DNA of 64,000 nucleotides, from NCBI GenBank assembly GCA_964016885.1, contig OZ024740.1, forward strand, positions 266,166,001 through 266,230,000, read 5' to 3'. This DNA is from Eledone cirrhosa. Its lineage: Eukaryota. Of this stretch, positions 13,223-25,900 are shown piece by piece. The notes under the pieces were generated by a model, which was not told the DNA's origin, searched no databases, and saw only the letters and a list, made by a program, of their open reading frames with translations. The position numbers and the translations under genes were made by a program. How positions within the stretch are numbered: the stretch's first letter is position 1; the number at the start of each line of letters is the position of its first letter.

Positions 13223-13572
13223 AGATTGTTGCTCACTCGTTATCGATTATGGCCATTGCACGATATACCATTATTAATATTATTAATTAGTTCTATCGTG
13301 CAATGCCTGTGCGTGAAGAATTGTTTTAAAGTGAGAAAAGACTGTGCACTGAGCCAATCCCACTCTCTGAGCGACAGCAGCTATAACCCGAAAAGGCGAA
13401 AGATCAACATCATCGGTAACTACTGAACAGCAGGTTTTATGTCGGAGTTATCCCAGTTTCCTGAGTTGCATTCTCCTAGAAGAATGCCTTGATAAAGGCT
13501 AGGGGTCCTTCACTCCCAGTGGTTTAACCACGCGATCGGGTGTCCAGCCCGACTATTTCTATGCCCCCGCGC
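13223..13572 (-). mobile_element. Second non-autonomous RTE-type element related to 7991-8578
   Basis: Shares 'gccaatcccactctct' and 'ttctcctagaa..tgccttga.aaaggcta' blocks. Confidence 0.55.
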
Positions 13573-13694
13573 ATGTACATACACATAGACACATGCATAT
13601 ACATATATATACATATACATACATATGTACATGTGTATATACAAATTTACACATTTTTGGATGGCAGTTGATTCTTATGAGTTATTCCGCCCTT

Positions 13695-13726
<32 letters not shown>

Positions 13727-13781
13727 CATACATACATACATACATACATACATACATACATACATACATACATACATACAT

Positions 13782-15641
13782 CGATGAGATGAATAAAAAT
13801 CTTGACCTTGTTACAACATTCTCAAAGGATATAGGAATTGAGTTTGGCCAAGATAAATGCTCATATATGATTGTAAAGCGGGGAAAAACAACAACCCAAT
13901 CTAGCAACACTGTCATCAATGGCCTAACTGTTTCACCAATATCTGATGAGGACTGCTACAGATACCTGGGGATAGATGAGAACATATCCTATAATGGTAT
14001 CTGTAATAAGGAACGCGTAACCTGGGAATACTACACACGATTAAGAAAGATATGGTCATCGGAACTCTCTGCGCACAGTAGCTCACAATTTTTTTGCTGT
14101 GTCTGTCCTAACCCCAATGTTTGGAATACTCAATTGGACGATAGACGAAATCCGAACAATTGATGTAAGAACTCGAAAAATAATAAACAACACCGGAAAC
14201 GTCCACATCAACAGTGACATAGACCGTCTTTTCTTGAAACGTAAGCAGAGAGGCAGAGGCCTAACATCAGTCCAGACAGCATTTGAATGTCGCATCATAT
14301 CCCTCCGACAACATCTACAAACCGCGAAGCGTAGGAGCCCGTCTCTCGAGCAAGTCTATCTGCATGAAACAGATAAGATCATGAGATTTGAGAAGGAACT
14401 CCTCGAAAGATATTCCCTGTGTGATAATCAAAAGCTCACACCTACGGAAGTCGCTCAGCAGTATCGCAGTGAATCCATGGATGAAAAACTGCATGCTTAT
14501 CAGCAAAAAATCATGCATGGATATGTTGTCAGGAAGCTCCAGAGTGAGAGTAATACAGATAAAGAAGGTAGTCTATCTTGGACCAACAACCAATATTGGC
14601 TCACAATATGAAGGATACGCTTTTGCAATCCAAGAACAGGAAATCAACACGAAATACCTGATTCACAAAAGAGATAGGGATGCAGGCAAAACACCTAGAT
14701 GTGATAACAACTGAAGATTCTGCAGAAGTAACATCGAAGATGTCACCCATGTCATAAGCAGCTGTCTAAAGGTGACATCGCGATACTATCTACCTATGAG
14801 ACATGATGTAGTGGCCAAAGCACTGCACAATGCAATCCGTAGAAAAGATAGCCCCGATAATAAGCACATTAAAAGCTACAGCAATGTGGAAGACATCCAT
14901 ATACATAATATGAAAGAGTACTGGTGGAATGTTCCAGTAAAAACCCCAATAAAGTGCAGGCATAACGGACCAGATATGATATGGGACAGGGAAAAGAAGG
15001 CATGACAGTAGTGGAAATTAACTGCCCAGCAGATGCCCTTATAGTATCAAAGATTAGCGAAAAGGAGAATATTTATGCAGAACTGACCAGGCTTAACCGA
15101 CCAGATATTATGGGCATGCACAGTAGTGGAAGTTAGCTGTCCAACAGATGCCTATATAATGTCAAAGATTATTGAAAAGGAGAATATTTGTGCAGAACTG
15201 TTGAGAAATCTGCAGATACTCCACCCTGATTATGCTTTCAGATTTATGCCTGTGATTATTGGGGCACTGGGATATGTTAGTAACTGCCTCAATACTAATC
15301 TTGAGAAGCTGGGCTTCACAGGAACAGAAAGAACACAACTAGTTAGGAAATTACCAGTACAATCCATTAATGGAACAGTAAAAATATGTAAAACATTCCA
15401 AACATTTTTCATCTAATAACTGCATATACACATGTACAGATACAAAGCATATGCACATGCACACATACAGCTCAAAACATGCACATCCACACATACAATA
15501 ACATCCATGTCTATACATGCATGCAGACATGCAGACAAACTACCTAGTTGATGTGTAAATTCCAATGAGAGAGTCGTGTAACTATGTTAGAAACCGACTC
15601 TCTCTCTATTGGTAAACATTTGTGAAATTATAAAACCAGAA
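13782..15641 (+). mobile_element. R4/Dong-like family A, 5'-truncated and degenerate
   Basis: Colinear with 8730-10556; RHD, PD, EVSCP motifs; short internal duplication near 15085-15200; same 3' end. Confidence 0.9.
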
Positions 15642-15733
15642 CATACATACATACATACATACATACATACATACATACATACATACATACATACATACAT
15701 ACATACATACAAATATTCATGCATACATACATA

Positions 15734-15886
15734 CATGGTGGCTGCCAACTCGTTTTCGAGTACGGCCACTACTTTACATCCATGTAGGATAACCCCTACC
15801 GAAGCGCTGAACGAGTGTGACTTTTTAGTCCAGCCAGCGACTTGAAACCTCTGGTACAAACACTACACCTGTGACAATTATTTACA
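15734..15886 (-). mobile_element. 3' fragment of the RTE-type element
   Basis: Matches 7991-8125. Confidence 0.7.
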
Positions 15887-15945
15887 CATACATACATACA
15901 TACATACATACATACATACATACATACATACATACATACATACAT

Positions 15946-17628
15946 AAGACTGATAAGATACATTACCAGAAGGGCATCTTTCAGGGTGATAGCTTGTCAG
16001 TGCTACTCTTCGTTCTCTCACTGAATCCACTATCTTACCTACTCAGGAAACAAGGTCGACAAAGAAGTGGGACCAGAAGTATCTCCCATCTTTTCTTTGT
16101 TGATGACCTGAAGTTGTATGGGCCAAATATCAATGACATCAAGAAACAATTGGACCTCATTACACAATTTTCAACCGACATCAAAATGAAATTTGGTGAG
16201 TCCAAGTGTGCATATTTGGCAGTAAAACGTGGAAGAGCTGTGCCCTCCTCTAGAAATCTAGAGATGAACGGCCTGACAATACAACCTCTGCAGTCAGGTG
16301 ACAACTACAGATATCTTGGACAGGATGAGAATGTCAGATATGATGGACCCATAAATAAGGAGAGAACCAGAACTGAATACCTCAGAAGAGTAAAGAAAAT
16401 ATGGTCATCAGAACTGTCAGCATACAACAAATACATTGCCCACAATACTTATGCTGTGCCAATTCTAACGCCAACATTTGGCCTGCTGAACTGGTCATTG
16501 CAAGAACTAAGTGAGATGGATGTTAGAACTCGAAAACTTCTCAGTGTTACTGGGAACTTTAACATCAATGGTGATGTGGATAGGCTATACTTCTCACGCA
16601 AGGAAGGTGGCCGGGGTCTAAAATCAATATTAACAACATATGAGACCCGGATAGTGACACTGAAGCAACACCTTCAACAGAGGAAAAAGGTTGGCAACCA
16701 TCTTGCCCAGGTTTATGACCATGAAAAAAGAAATATCATTAGAATAGCGACTGATCTGGAGGAGAGATATGGAATAAAGCCCGATATAAATCTCTCACCC
16801 AGAGAAATCGGAAGATCCTATTCAATGTTCAGACAAGAAAAAAAAATTGACCAATTTACAGAAAAAGTTGTGCATGGATACTTGAGGCGTAAAACACAGA
16901 CCATAGAGGGGATAAACCACTCAAAAAGCCTGGCATGGAGTTCCGACAAGTTTATGACATCACACCTTGAGGGATATCTCTATGCAATACAGGAACAAGA
17001 ACTCCCTACCAAATATCTGCTGCACAAAAGAGGAGGGCCAGCAGCTGACAATAAATGTAGGCTATGTAAAACAAAGATCGAGGATGTAAGCCACATTGTT
17101 GCCAGCTGCGAAAGAATGTCATCTCGCTACTACCTCCCCATGAGACACGATGGGATAGCTAGAACCATCTGGAACGCACTTCGGAAAACAAAATCAACAA
17201 CAAACGAGGAAGAATATATTGAGACAGATGGCACTAAGGAATACTGGTGGAACCTGAAAATAAAAACTGCCACCAAATTAAAGCACAACCGGCCTGATAT
17301 TGTAGTTTGGGACCACACATTGAAATCGTGTTCTGTTGTGGAGATCAGCTGCCCACTTGATGTAAACGTTGTCAGAAAAATACAGGAGAAGGAGGACATC
17401 TACGGACCATTGATGAGGAGTTTACAAATCCAGTATCCAAGATACACCTTTAGCTTCATACCCATCATTATTGGTGCTACGGGTTATATACCAACCCGCT
17501 TGGACCAAAGTATGACTGAACTTGGATTTGCGGACAAAAAGCGCAGCTCCCTAATTCATAGTCTACAAATGGCTGCGATAGCTGGCACCTTCAAAATTTG
17601 CAAAACATTCTTGCGATTCAAGGGATGA
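15946..17628 (+). CDS. Uninterrupted C-terminal half of the RT - zinc knuckle - restriction-like endonuclease ORF (no native start)
   Basis: QGDSLS, FVDD, CRLC..H..C, RHD and PD..E motifs in one frame of ORF 15871-17628. Confidence 0.85.
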   Translation, partial: KTDKIHYQKGIFQGDSLSVLLFVLSLNPLSYLLRKQGRQRSGTRSISHLFFVDDLKLYGPNINDIKKQLDLITQFSTDIKMKFGESKCAYLAVKRGRAVPSSRNLEMNGLTIQPLQSGDNYRYLGQDENVRYDGPINKERTRTEYLRRVKKIWSSELSAYNKYIAHNTYAVPILTPTFGLLNWSLQELSEMDVRTRKLLSVTGNFNINGDVDRLYFSRKEGGRGLKSILTTYETRIVTLKQHLQQRKKVGNHLAQVYDHEKRNIIRIATDLEERYGIKPDINLSPREIGRSYSMFRQEKKIDQFTEKVVHGYLRRKTQTIEGINHSKSLAWSSDKFMTSHLEGYLYAIQEQELPTKYLLHKRGGPAADNKCRLCKTKIEDVSHIVASCERMSSRYYLPMRHDGIARTIWNALRKTKSTTNEEEYIETDGTKEYWWNLKIKTATKLKHNRPDIVVWDHTLKSCSVVEISCPLDVNVVRKIQEKEDIYGPLMRSLQIQYPRYTFSFIPIIIGATGYIPTRLDQSMTELGFADKKRSSLIHSLQMAAIAGTFKICKTFLRFKG

Positions 17629-17708
17629 CAATTTCTTTTCTTTTACAACCTTGCCACCAGGAAGGTGGCCGGTCAAAAAATATACTCAAAATTAAGAGAA
17701 AGAGAAAA
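15946..17708 (+). mobile_element. R4/Dong-like family B copy 2, 5'-truncated
   Basis: Near-identical to 11415-13160; bounded by (TACA)n on both sides. Confidence 0.95.
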
Positions 17709-17899
17709 CATACATACATACATACATACATACATACATACATACATACATACAAATATTCATGCATACATACATGTATGTGTGTGTATAAATACACATA
17801 CATACATGCATACGAAAAACAATGATGACCTCAGCGGGATTAGAACTCAGAATGCACTCTATCCGACATTTTTTATTTCAATTCGCGACCATAAGTATA

Positions 17900-17962
17900 T
17901 AGATAGATAGACAGAGAGGCATACAAACCTATAAGTAGGTAGCTAGGTAGGTAGATAGATTC

Positions 17963-18028
<66 letters not shown>

Positions 18029-18050
18029 GATAGATAGATAGATAAATAGC
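17900..18050. repeat. (GATA)n/(GA)n microsatellites
   Basis: Direct reading. Confidence 0.9.
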
Positions 18051-18699
18051 TAGCCATATTTATGAACGTAATGTGTTATATGTAACTACATACGTGTGTT
18101 CATGTACGTTTGTCAATATACACACACATATGTTCTTTTTTTTCGTTTCTTTTTTTTTTATTTATAAACTTTGTTTGGTATATATGAATGCAAGAATATT
18201 TCGCATATTTCTTTCAACCCTATTTAATAAAACACTTGCATCTCTTGTCATTCATTTGTGACATAATATATATATAATGCATACTTTTTTTTTATGTTTA
18301 GATCCCATACAGAGAACTTATATTCTGTTATTCCTGACTACTTCAGAAATACACTTCAATTGAAAAGCACTCAGAAATATTCTTATACAAGTAGTCCATG
18401 CTTTTTATGTTAAAAGTGGCATTCATTATTTTTAAGAACTGAAATGAACTTTTCATTTGAAAATTGTTTCACGGGTAATTAGGTGCATGTTGTTGTGTGT
18501 TTTAGAATAATACATGTCTAAATGTATTTAGGTAGATAACTACATAAATAGATAGCCAAGCAAGCGGGTGCGCATAGGTATGTGTGTGTGTGTGTGTGCG
18601 TGTGTGTGTGTGAGTGAGTGAAATTAAACAATTTGATAGTAAGAAATAAAGAAGGGAAGAAGTAAACAAAGAACGCTAAACTGACAGATAAATTAATAA

Positions 18700-19790
18700 A
18701 TAGATAGATTTCTTTATTTGCCACAAGAGTACACAAGAAATGGGAAATTACCAGACGTGACGGCGGGAGCTTTACAGAAAATCGTGTAAACAAGTTTAAC
18801 AATAAACAATCGAAATCCCCAATAATTTTACTGCGTTACTGCGGTTATTTTACATCTCGTAGAATAACCCTCAACACCAGGAACACGTTTTGTAACTGCT
18901 CTCGTCGTCCCTCTTTTGTCTTCTTCAACCTACAGGCTTATATACAGAGAAGGCCCATTCACTTGGGCCATTTTCGCCTAATTCACCCACCTTTCAGCGA
19001 ATTTACTGGGATGCAGCACCTCTCTCTTCACTCTCACCTTCCTTTTAAAGTAAGGGATGAGTTCGTGTCCGTCTGTCCTGTCCTTTCAATTACGTCCATC
19101 ATATTACCTCTTTTGCCATAGCCAGCAGACAGAGGAAAACTGCCTCTCCTTAGATTTTAATGAAGGCGGCGGGGTGATCCTCACGATGGACTCAGATGTC
19201 AACTGGATTTGTCCCACACGTGACAGTAGTCGTTCGACATAATTCCACAGGTCAGTGGCCCCTGGGCACTGAACAAATGCGTGCAGATCGGTTTCGCTCG
19301 CATCTTAGACAGCTCCTTTGGCAGGATCCCTTGCAGGCACTCCATGCCTCTAGATATTGTCTTCAACTGGTAAAGCTTCTCGGTAGCACTTCCAGGTCAG
19401 ACACCTTTGGAAGTTATCCATATCTGGATGTAAATTCCTCCCGAATAGATTGGCTGGTTCACCCTCTTCGAGGCCTAGAGTCTCCTCGAGAACATCGTCG
19501 TACTTATCCTCCACTAATCCCCTAGATAAATTTGCCATGGAGTTTCCACTGATTGCCGTTTTCGTCTGGTAAGGGACTGTGTCAAGCACCCATTTTCGGT
19601 CTTCGCTTAAGCACGGTTATGGTATCCCCTTTGTTCGCATCTTTCCTGATCAGCGTCACTACTGGCTTACAGAACTAGGAATTCTCCCGTTCTGCTGCCT
19701 GTTGCAGTAGACCACTTCGAGGACGTCAGAGAACAAGCCTGGCATGCCTACATAAATCTCATAGGGTAGACCATCCAAATGTCTGTACTA
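18700..19790 (-). mobile_element. Degenerate 3' fragment of a Tx1/L1-like LINE
   Basis: 'DNFQRCLTWKCYREALPV' followed by a broken CxxC..HAFVQC (zf-RVT-like) and 'FLCLLAMAKEVI'; minus-strand AATAAA and (TCTA) tail near 18700-18720. Confidence 0.55.
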
Positions 19791-19799
19791 CGAACCGAG

Positions 19800-21500
19800 G
19801 TAAAAGGGTTTGCTACGTCAAATCAATGACCGCGGCGTGTAGTGGAGCTTCGGCATAGAGAAGCAATTCCTCAACGGGAAGAGGCATGGAAGGGCGTCAA
19901 TCATGTCCGGTCTACTCGTGTGGGTCATGAGCTGCTAGGGCCTTGACCTTATGGTAGAGCGGATAGCCGATTCTCGTCAGAGCAGGAACCACCTATCGCC
20001 CGCCTAACGTGGTATCATCCAGGTACCAAACGTTGAAAGGGATCGTAGTGCTCTGAGAAATGCGGTCTATCCCAAGAGCAATGGGTATAACCATGTCAGA
20101 AGCAAGGAGCATGCTTGTGGACTCCATACGACAGGTAGGCCAGCGGGTAGGAAGAGAGGACTCGGTTGAGGCAGGCCTTGATCGGTCACGGCGTATGCAG
20201 TTAAAGGCATTCTTCATGTCAAGCTTGACATTGCGGTGCCTGGCGTCCCTCGGCGCCGGTTCTAGTGGGCAGCTGTTGAAGAACTGCCTAGCTGCATGTG
20301 CGGCCCACTCACACCAACCGGACACATGGACCCCTAGTTTCACCAGTTTGAACTCCTCGCCCAGTTCAAATATGATGGACCTGCAGACCACCTTAGCAGC
20401 CAGCCTACGGAAGACATTGCCCACAGCGATGAGACGTATGCCACCTGCTTTCTTCCGGAATGCGGTCAGCCTGGCCGACTAGAAGAGGTCTCGGGCGTAT
20501 GGGTCCATGGTGCCATAGATGAACCTGTTGATGAGTTCCACAATTGCACTCAGAAGGTGGCTGATAGGAGGATAGCAACACTTTCAGGTACCCAGGTCGG
20601 AGACCATCTGTATATCCGCTGTTGGTAGCAGGGAAGGACTTAATGGTAGACATGGTGTCTGCTCTGATGCCACATATAGCAGGTGAGGATCAGGTGGGGG
20701 TATGTGTCAGAGGTCTGCTTGAGTCGAAGAGTAACCAGGACTTCCTCGGTGGGGTGGAGAACGGTGTCCTCCAAGGCCACCACTCTGACCGCGACCGATA
20801 CATCACCCTCGATTAGTTTGGCGCGGTCGCGTAAAGGCTTTGTGCTGACCTCGGGGGTGGAGAATTGAGGGCACATGAGTGCAGAGTGTGTGGCATGCTT
20901 GGGCACACTTGGAAGCGTTTTCCTTGACGAAAGCTGCTGTTGACAGGCCATCTCGGTCTGCACTAGAGTTTGGGAGGACGAAGGTGAGTGGGGAGAAATA
21001 GAAGAGGCGTTCCCAGTCAGTGTCCCGATTAGAGTCTAGGGCCCTCATAATTGAGGATGTGAGGGTATCGGCCATCGGCACCCAGGCTGATTTCGGGATC
21101 TTGAGTGGGATCTTCCGAAGCGACTCGAGCCGAGTGATGTTGACCAGCGAGGCTTGAGCATCAGACAAGCTCACTTTCTCATCTGGTGGTGTAGTGGATA
21201 GCCGCTGCTGTGCTAACGAGGGGAAGAGGCATTTGCTGCATTTCACGCTGTGAGGGCACTAGAGGCTCATCGCGTCAGCCTTTTTTCCGCTTGTTCCTGG
21301 TGGTGTATGTGCTGCAGGTGTCACCTGGTGGGGATGATGGGTGAGGCATGGAGCTGGGCACAGGAGCACTATGCGGCAACTTGGGTGTGTGGCTGGTTGT
21401 CTCCGACCAGAGCGCTTGGCTAACTGTGCGTGGGTGTAAGTGAGAAACTGGAATCATGGGGAAGTAGGCAGGGTGATGATATGAAGGAGGCATCATATCT
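19800..21500 (-). mobile_element. Degenerate CRE-clade non-LTR retrotransposon (RT region)
   Basis: GIRLIAVGNVFRRLAAK, KLDMKNAFN, WYLDD and FSMPKL motifs over several frames. Confidence 0.75.
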
Positions 21501-22957
21501 CACCTACACCAGATCCGAAGGCAACAGCAATAAAACAAAAAAGAACGGTAGGGGTATGCAGGGGGACCTAAAAAACACAGGGGGTGTTCAAGTGAAAAAT
21601 CTTAGAAATCTAAATGTATATATGTATACACAAACACGCACATACTCTCACCAACACACACACAAACTCCCAAGAGTATATGTTATATATACAAGCTTGT
21701 TTGTTGACACTCACATGTCCATGTGTATGTGTGCGTGTATATATAATTCAGGTAAGAGAAAAAGAAATCATTGTAAATGTATTATTTAGGCAGATTTATA
21801 TGTGTGTGCAAACATGATAGGGATGTATCTGTGCCAGTATGTAACGCGTATGGCCCCGGAAGTGTTTTGAGCAAAAGAAAATGTCAAATTATTCTGACCT
21901 AGGGATCGAATTAGTGAAGTGGCCAATGTCTGTACATAATGAGGGAGTGAGAGGAGAGAGAAAGAAACGGAGAGGTGAAGTGAAGAAGTGGCTCTCTACT
22001 CCTCCTCCTACTTCTCCACATTTGTCACAGCGTTTTTCGATAGAGGGGAGAAATGTGAACGATTTACAGAGAGAAAGAGTGAGAGTGAAAGAAACAGACA
22101 AACTAAAAGAGGGGGATAGCGGGAGAGAGAGAGAGAGTGACAGACGCCGTCTTTTGAGAGTTGTATGCGTCAAAGATACATGACAGTGGATTAACTATTG
22201 CGTGTGTGTATACGTGCGCGCGTGTGTGTGTGAGTGTGTGTGCGTTTGAATGCGTGAGTGTGTATGTGTGCGTGAGTGATTATAAACTCTCTCACATGGT
22301 CTGTGGTCTGATGGAATTAACCCTTTGACATTTACATTACTCTATATATACTATATTATTTTCATGGTAAAGGCTTTATCTCACATAATATAAAAATCTC
22401 ATAGATTTAATATTATTTATCTTGAGAACAATACCTTAACCCTTTAGTATTAATGTGAGTGAGTTATAAAGAGAAAGAGTGAGAGTGAAAGAAACAGACA
22501 GACTAAAAGAGAGGGATAGCGGGAGAGAGAGAGAGAGAGAGACACTGGAAGAGGGGGAAGGAAAGCTATAAGTAATTAACACGTGTGTGTGTGCGTGTGC
22601 ACGTGTGTGCGTGTGCGTGCGCGCGTGTGTGTGTGTGCGTGTGTGTGTGTGTGTGTGTGTTCGCGCAGGGTTCCATTATGAGTTAAATCTATTAACATGT
22701 GTGTGAGTTTGCGTGCGCGTCTGTGTTTGCGTGCTTCAGTGTGTGTGTGTACTTGCGTGTGGCGTTTCATTTACGCCATTTTTGTCACTGACAACATATT
22801 CACTAACTTACACTCATTCCAACCGCTGCTCTTACTGTTACCCCTCTCCATATCCATACCCCGCTCGGAAATCACATGCATCGGTTTTTAATTCACTGAC
22901 GAGTTTACTCCTTACTCTACCAGTGAGTTTCAGTGTACTTTGTACTGCTTTTAGGTC

Positions 22958-25900
22958 ATGCCTCGAAGGAAGAGATACTCCATTGGCCGAAAAACTGCGA
23001 AATCAGCAACAACACGAACAGGGCGGACAAACGAATCGTTAGTGGAATCTGCTATTCAACGGTCGCAAGATGCTAAACGTACTGCCACCAGAAGAGCACT
23101 TGAAACAGACAATCAACGAACCATTCGCCGAACCGCTAATGCCGCATTAACTTCTGTTGCACGAGCAGCCGAGACGGATGACCAGCGTAAAAGACGTCGG
23201 AGTACGGATGCTGCGAATACTGCTCTTGCGCGAGCTGCCGAGACGTACGACCAGCGTAAAAGACGTCGGAGTACGGATTCTGCGAATACTGCTGTTGTGC
23301 GAGATACACAGACCTCGCAAGAACGGGACATTCGACTACAATGTAATGCTCAACGAAGGGCCTTTGGACAGGGTATTTCAAGGCCGTGTAGCTCACGATG
23401 GTCCTTGAAAGCATTCGAGTACAACCCTGACTTTGATTACAGTGGCCATCCAGACATGCGAATTGGGAGTATGTCAAAGACGTGCTCTTTCTGCAATGCA
23501 AAAAAGTGGCCCGGAGAAACACCTGGTTGTGTTGCGCAAATGGAAAAGTAAAATTACGTCCCCTGGAGGATCCACCACAACCGTTGAAGCTCCTATATTC
23601 AGGCAGTACTGCGGAGTCACGGCATTTCCTGACTTACATCCGGAGGTATAACTGTGCTTTCCAAATGACATCTTTCGGGGCGCACATGTCAAGGAAGGCG
23701 AATTTATGCCCACATTTAAGGTTCAAGGTCAGGTGTACCATAGAATCGGATCCCTCCAACCTGCCGCCAATCAAGAACCTCAATTTCTTCAGCTGAACTT
23801 TGTTGGGAATGTCAACGAGCAGGCAGCCATGAGGAACTCCATTTCACCCGGTACCAATGTCGAGCTTATAAGGAAATTGCAAGACATTCTGCACACAACA
23901 AACAGCTTTGTCATTAGCTTTAAGTATGCCTTGGAAGCAGATACCACAGCCAATTTTAATGTGGTAATTGATGCCTCGAAAATGCCATCTGAGGAGCATC
24001 CGGGTCGGTATAATTATCCAGCATGCAATGAAATCACTGTACTTATGCATGGGGGTCAGCATAATCCACCTGACATTGTCCTCAAGCGTCGAGATAGCAC
24101 TCTTCAGCGAATCAGCGAAACACATAGGTCTTACGATGCGCTCCAGTATCCACTTCTCTTTGTAAATGGTGAAGACGGCTATCAGTACGGAATAATCCAC
24201 CAGCATAATCCAGTAAACACTCAACACTCCGTCAACAAACCAGTTTCATGCATGGGTTTCTACTCCTACCGCTTCATGGTTCGCCACGATTCCTTCAATC
24301 ACCTGCACCAGTCAAGAGACCTACTTCAGCAATTCGCCGTTGATATGTGCGCAAAAATGGAATCGGAGAGACTGTGTTTCATACGGTCACACCAAAGGCA
24401 ACTGCGGTCCGAGAGCTACATCCATCTCCGAGATGCCATCAACAATGACGCAGCTCCCATAAACGTAGGAAAAGTCTGCATTTTACCCTCCACCTTCACC
24501 GGAAGTCCGTGCTACATGCACGAGAGAACTCAGGATGCTATGGCCTACGTACGGCATTATGACAGGCTCGATCTGTTCATTGCATTCACTTGCAACCCAC
24601 TGTGGAAGGAGATCGGGGCAGAACTGTTCCAAGAGCAACAGGCCAAAGACGGGCATGACCTCCTGGCCCGAGTCTTTCGGCTGAAGCTTATCAATCTCAT
24701 GGAGCTCATCAAGAGAGGCCAAGTCTTTGGCCCAGTAAAGTGCGACATGTACACCGTAGAGTGGCAGAAGAGGGGCCTACCGCACGCCCACATCCTCATT
24801 TGGATGTCAACAAAAATATCTTCAAATGACATTGGCAGCATCATCTCCGCAGAGTTTCCCGATCCGTCTATAGACAAAGACCTCTATGACATAGTGAAGA
24901 CAAACATGGTCCATGCTCCATGTGGGCGGGGCTTCAATTTAAGCTCACCTTGCTTGAACGACAATGTCTGCAGCAAAAGATTTCCCCGAAAGTTCCTCCA
25001 AGAAGCCCAGATTGGCGTTGACGGAAACCCACTGTACAGACGACGCCAACCCGGAGACGATGGCTTTACAGCAACAGTTGGACAGCACGAGGTCGACAAC
25101 AGATGGATAGTGCCATACTGCCCATTTCTTTCCAAGACCTTCGGTGCTCACATCAATGTCGAGTTCTGTAATTCCGTCAAGTCAATCAAGTACATATGTA
25201 AATATGTGAATAAGGGCTCAGACGCTGCTATGTTCGGTCTACAACAGGACAACAGCCGTGATGAGGTCACGCAATACCAAGTTGGCCGTTACATCAGCAG
25301 CAACGAGGCTTTCTGGCGCATTTTCGGTTTCCCTATACACCAAAGGCACCCTGCAATTGAACAGCTCGCAGTCCACCTGGAGAACGGTCAAAGGGTGTAC
25401 TTCACTGACGTTAATGCTGCTCAAATGGTGGAGGAACCACGGGAAACCACCCTCACTGCATTCTTCAAACTTTATCAGGCCGATTCATTTGCTCAAACCC
25501 TGCTGTATCCTCAGGTGTCGTCCTATTACACGTGGAATAAAAAACAATGGGTTCGCAGAAAGGTAGGTCAGCCTGTTGGTGGACATCCTGGCATAAAGTT
25601 TGACAGTTGCCTAGGGAGAGTATACACAGTGCACCCGAACCAGCATGAGTGCTTCTACCTCCGTCTTCTGCTACATGAGGTTAGAGGACCCCAGTCCTTT
25701 CATGACCTTAGAACTGCCGACGGTTCTGTGTGCAGCACTTACAGGGAAGCTTGCTTCAAGCACGGCTTGCTAGAAGACGGTGCGCAGTGGGATGCCACTT
25801 TATTCGAAGCTATTGCATTTCAATCGCCTATGCGCCTACGATCTCTATTTGCAGTACTGCTGCAAACTTGCGAACTGAGTAATCCTATCTCTTTATGGCT

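Noticed and set aside
15871-15945. HTYI-repeat N-terminus fused to the RT ORF (also at 10571)
   Set aside because: Chance read-through from the TACA target into a 5'-truncated element.
22341-22360. TCTATATATA as the Helitron 5' terminus
   Set aside because: Preceded by C rather than the expected A; cannot be fixed without other copies.
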